From Rhina ancylostomus (Eukaryota), in contig JARFYF010000046.1 in the NCBI GenBank assembly GCA_030265395.1, positions 14,870,082-14,934,081 of the forward strand: DNA of 64,000 nt. The letters run 5' to 3'. Both the position numbers and the translations under genes were made by a program. The notes beneath the pieces are model-generated. The model did no database searches and had not been told where the DNA came from. It saw nothing but the letters and a program-made list of their open reading frames with translations. This document shows, one piece after another, positions 61,986 to 64,000 of the stretch. How positions within the stretch are numbered: the first letter of the stretch is position 1; each line of letters starts with the position of its first letter.

Positions 61986-64000
61986 ACCATAATAAGACCA
62001 GAAGATATAGCAGCAGAATTAGGCCATTCAGCCCATCAGTCATGTCTGATTTATTTTTCCCTCTCAACCTCATTCTCCTGCTTTCTCCCCATAACCTTTG
62101 ACTCCCTTACTAATCAAGAACCTATCAATCTCTGCTTTAAATATACCCAATGACTTGGCCTCCACAGCNNNNNNNNNNNNNNNNNNNNNNNNNNNNNNNN
62201 NNNNNNNNNNNNNNNNNNNNNNNNNNNNNNNNNNNNNNNNNNNNNNNNNNNNNNNNNNNNNNNNNNNNNNNNNNNNNNNNNNNNNNNNNNNNNNNNNNNN
62301 NNNNNNNNNNNNNNNNNNNNNNNNNNNNNNNNNNNNNNNNNNNNNNNNNNNNNNNNNNNNNNNNNNNNNNNNNNNNNNNNNNNNNNNNNNNNNNNNNNNN
62401 NNNNNNNNNNNNNNNNNNNNNNNNNNNNNNNNNNNNNNNNNNNNNNNNNNNNNNNNNNNNNNNNNNNNNNNNNNNNNNNNNNNNNNNNNNNNNNNNNNNN
62501 NNNNNNNNNNNNNNNNNNNNNNNNNNNNNNNNNNNNNNNNNNNNNNNNNNNNNNNNNNNNNNNNNNNNNNNNNNNNNNNNNNNNNNNNNNNNNNNNNNNN
62601 NNNNNNNNNNNNNNNNNNNNNNNNNNNNNNNNNNNNNNNNNNNNNNNNNNNNNNNNNNNNNNNNNNNNNNNNNNNNNNNNNNNNNNNNNNNNNNNNNNNN
62701 NNNNNNNNNNNNNNNNNNNNNNNNNNNNNNNNNNNNNNNNNNNNNNNNNNCCCTATGCTGTATTTCATTTGCCACTTTGCCCATTCTCCCAACCTGACAA
62801 AGTCTTCCCTGCTTCCTCAACATTACCTGCCCCTCCACCAAGCATTGTGTCATCAACAAACTTGGGCACAAAGCCATCAATTCCGTCACCCAGATCATTA
62901 ACATGTAACATGAAAAGTAGCGGACCTAACACCAACTCCTGCAGACCACTACTAGTCACCGGCAGCCAACCAGAAAAGGCCCCCTTTATTCTCACACTGC
63001 CTTCTGCCAGTCAGCCAATCCTCTATCCAAGCTAGTACCTTTCCTGTAATACCATGGGCTCCTATCTTGTTTAGCAGCCTCCTGTGCAGCAGCTTATTAA
63101 AGGTCTTCTGAAAATCCAAGTAACAACACCCACTTAACTGTCTATCCTGCCTGTTACTTCCTTAAAGAATTCCAAAAGATTTGACAGGCAAGATTTCCCC
63201 TCAAGGAAACCATGCTGACTTCAGCCCATTTTATCACATGCTTCCAAGTACCCTGAAACCTCATCCTTAATAATGGAATCTAACATCTCATCAACCACTG
63301 AAGTCAGGCTAACTGGCCCACAATTTCCTGTCTTTCGCCTCCCTCTTTTCTTAAAGGGTGGAGTGACATTTGCAATTTTCCAGTCCTCTGGAACCATTCC
63401 TGACTCCAGTGATTCTTGAAAGATCACTCCTAATGTCTCCACAATCCCTTCAGCTACTTCTTTCAGAACCATGGGGTGCAGTCCATCTGGTCCAGGTAAC
63501 TTATCCACCTTCAGACCTTTCAGCTTCCCAAGCACCTTCTCCCTAGTAATAATGACAACACTCACTTCTGCCCCCTGATTCTTTCGAATTTCTGGCATGT
63601 TGCTGGTGTCTTCCACAGTGAATACTGATGCAAAATTGTTTCATATTATGACCACTGCCTCCTAAGGGTTCCTTTACCTTAAGCTCCCTAATCAAATCTA
63701 GTTCATTGCACAACACCAAATCCAGGATTGCCTTTTCCTTAGTGGGTTCGAATGCAAACTGCTCTAAAAAGCCATTTCTTCGTTCCCCATTACTACTTCT
63801 CCATTATCATTTTCCGGCAGTCTGATGTCTGCTGTTGGTTCTCTTTTACTCTTTATATATCTGAAAAAACTTTTGGTACCTTATATTATTGGCTAGCTTA
63901 TATTCATATTTCATCTTTTCTCCCCTTATTGCTTTTTTAGTTGCTTTCTGTTGGTTTTTAAAAGCTTCCCTATCCTCTAGCTTCCTGCTAATTTTTGCAA
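61986..64000 (-). mobile_element. CR1 LINE (ORF2 RT region to 3' tail), continuing beyond the window
   Basis: ORF 63221-63616 KLKGLKVDKLPGPDGLHPMVLKEVAE..IFQESLESGMVPEDWKIANVTP; SGWLPVTSS..LVLGPLLF..NDL..KFVDDT; tail accataataagaccagaagatatagcagcagaattaggcc. Confidence 0.93.

Noticed and set aside
1-64000. CRISPR arrays, operons, prokaryotic defence systems, tRNA/rRNA genes
   Set aside because: Vertebrate repeat-rich DNA with no regularly spaced repeats; the tRNA-like boxes belong to SINE heads

Overview
AT-rich eukaryotic (vertebrate) genomic DNA from a gapped draft assembly with many N-runs. The repeat complement points to a cartilaginous fish, probably a ray/batoid (inference): HE1-type V-SINEs, a Deu-domain SINE, and abundant CR1, L2, Rex1/Babar and Penelope retroelements. 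I could not recognise any host protein-coding exon, rRNA, tRNA or CRISPR array, so the window looks intronic or intergenic. The listed ORFs are either TE remnants, gap artefacts or chance. Best-supported structure: (1) a decayed two-gene PIF/Harbinger transposon, with a DDE transposase on + and a Myb/SANT-like gene on - in convergent orientation (~11.1-12.5 kb), plus a second transposase fossil at ~59.8-60.4 kb; (2) a Penelope-like element with a GIY-YIG domain and an inverted terminal repeat (28.1-30.4 kb), and many Penelope-terminus fold-back elements carrying decayed hammerhead-ribozyme cores; (3) a Gypsy-type solo LTR with a perfect 5-bp TSD; (4) a young CR1 nested in an older CR1 with a 7-bp TSD; (5) a ~175-bp locally templated insertion with microhomology and triplicated junction sequence, with a second short local duplication nearby. 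No convincing novel multi-gene system was found. All family assignments are by eye from remembered consensus motifs, and boundaries are approximate.
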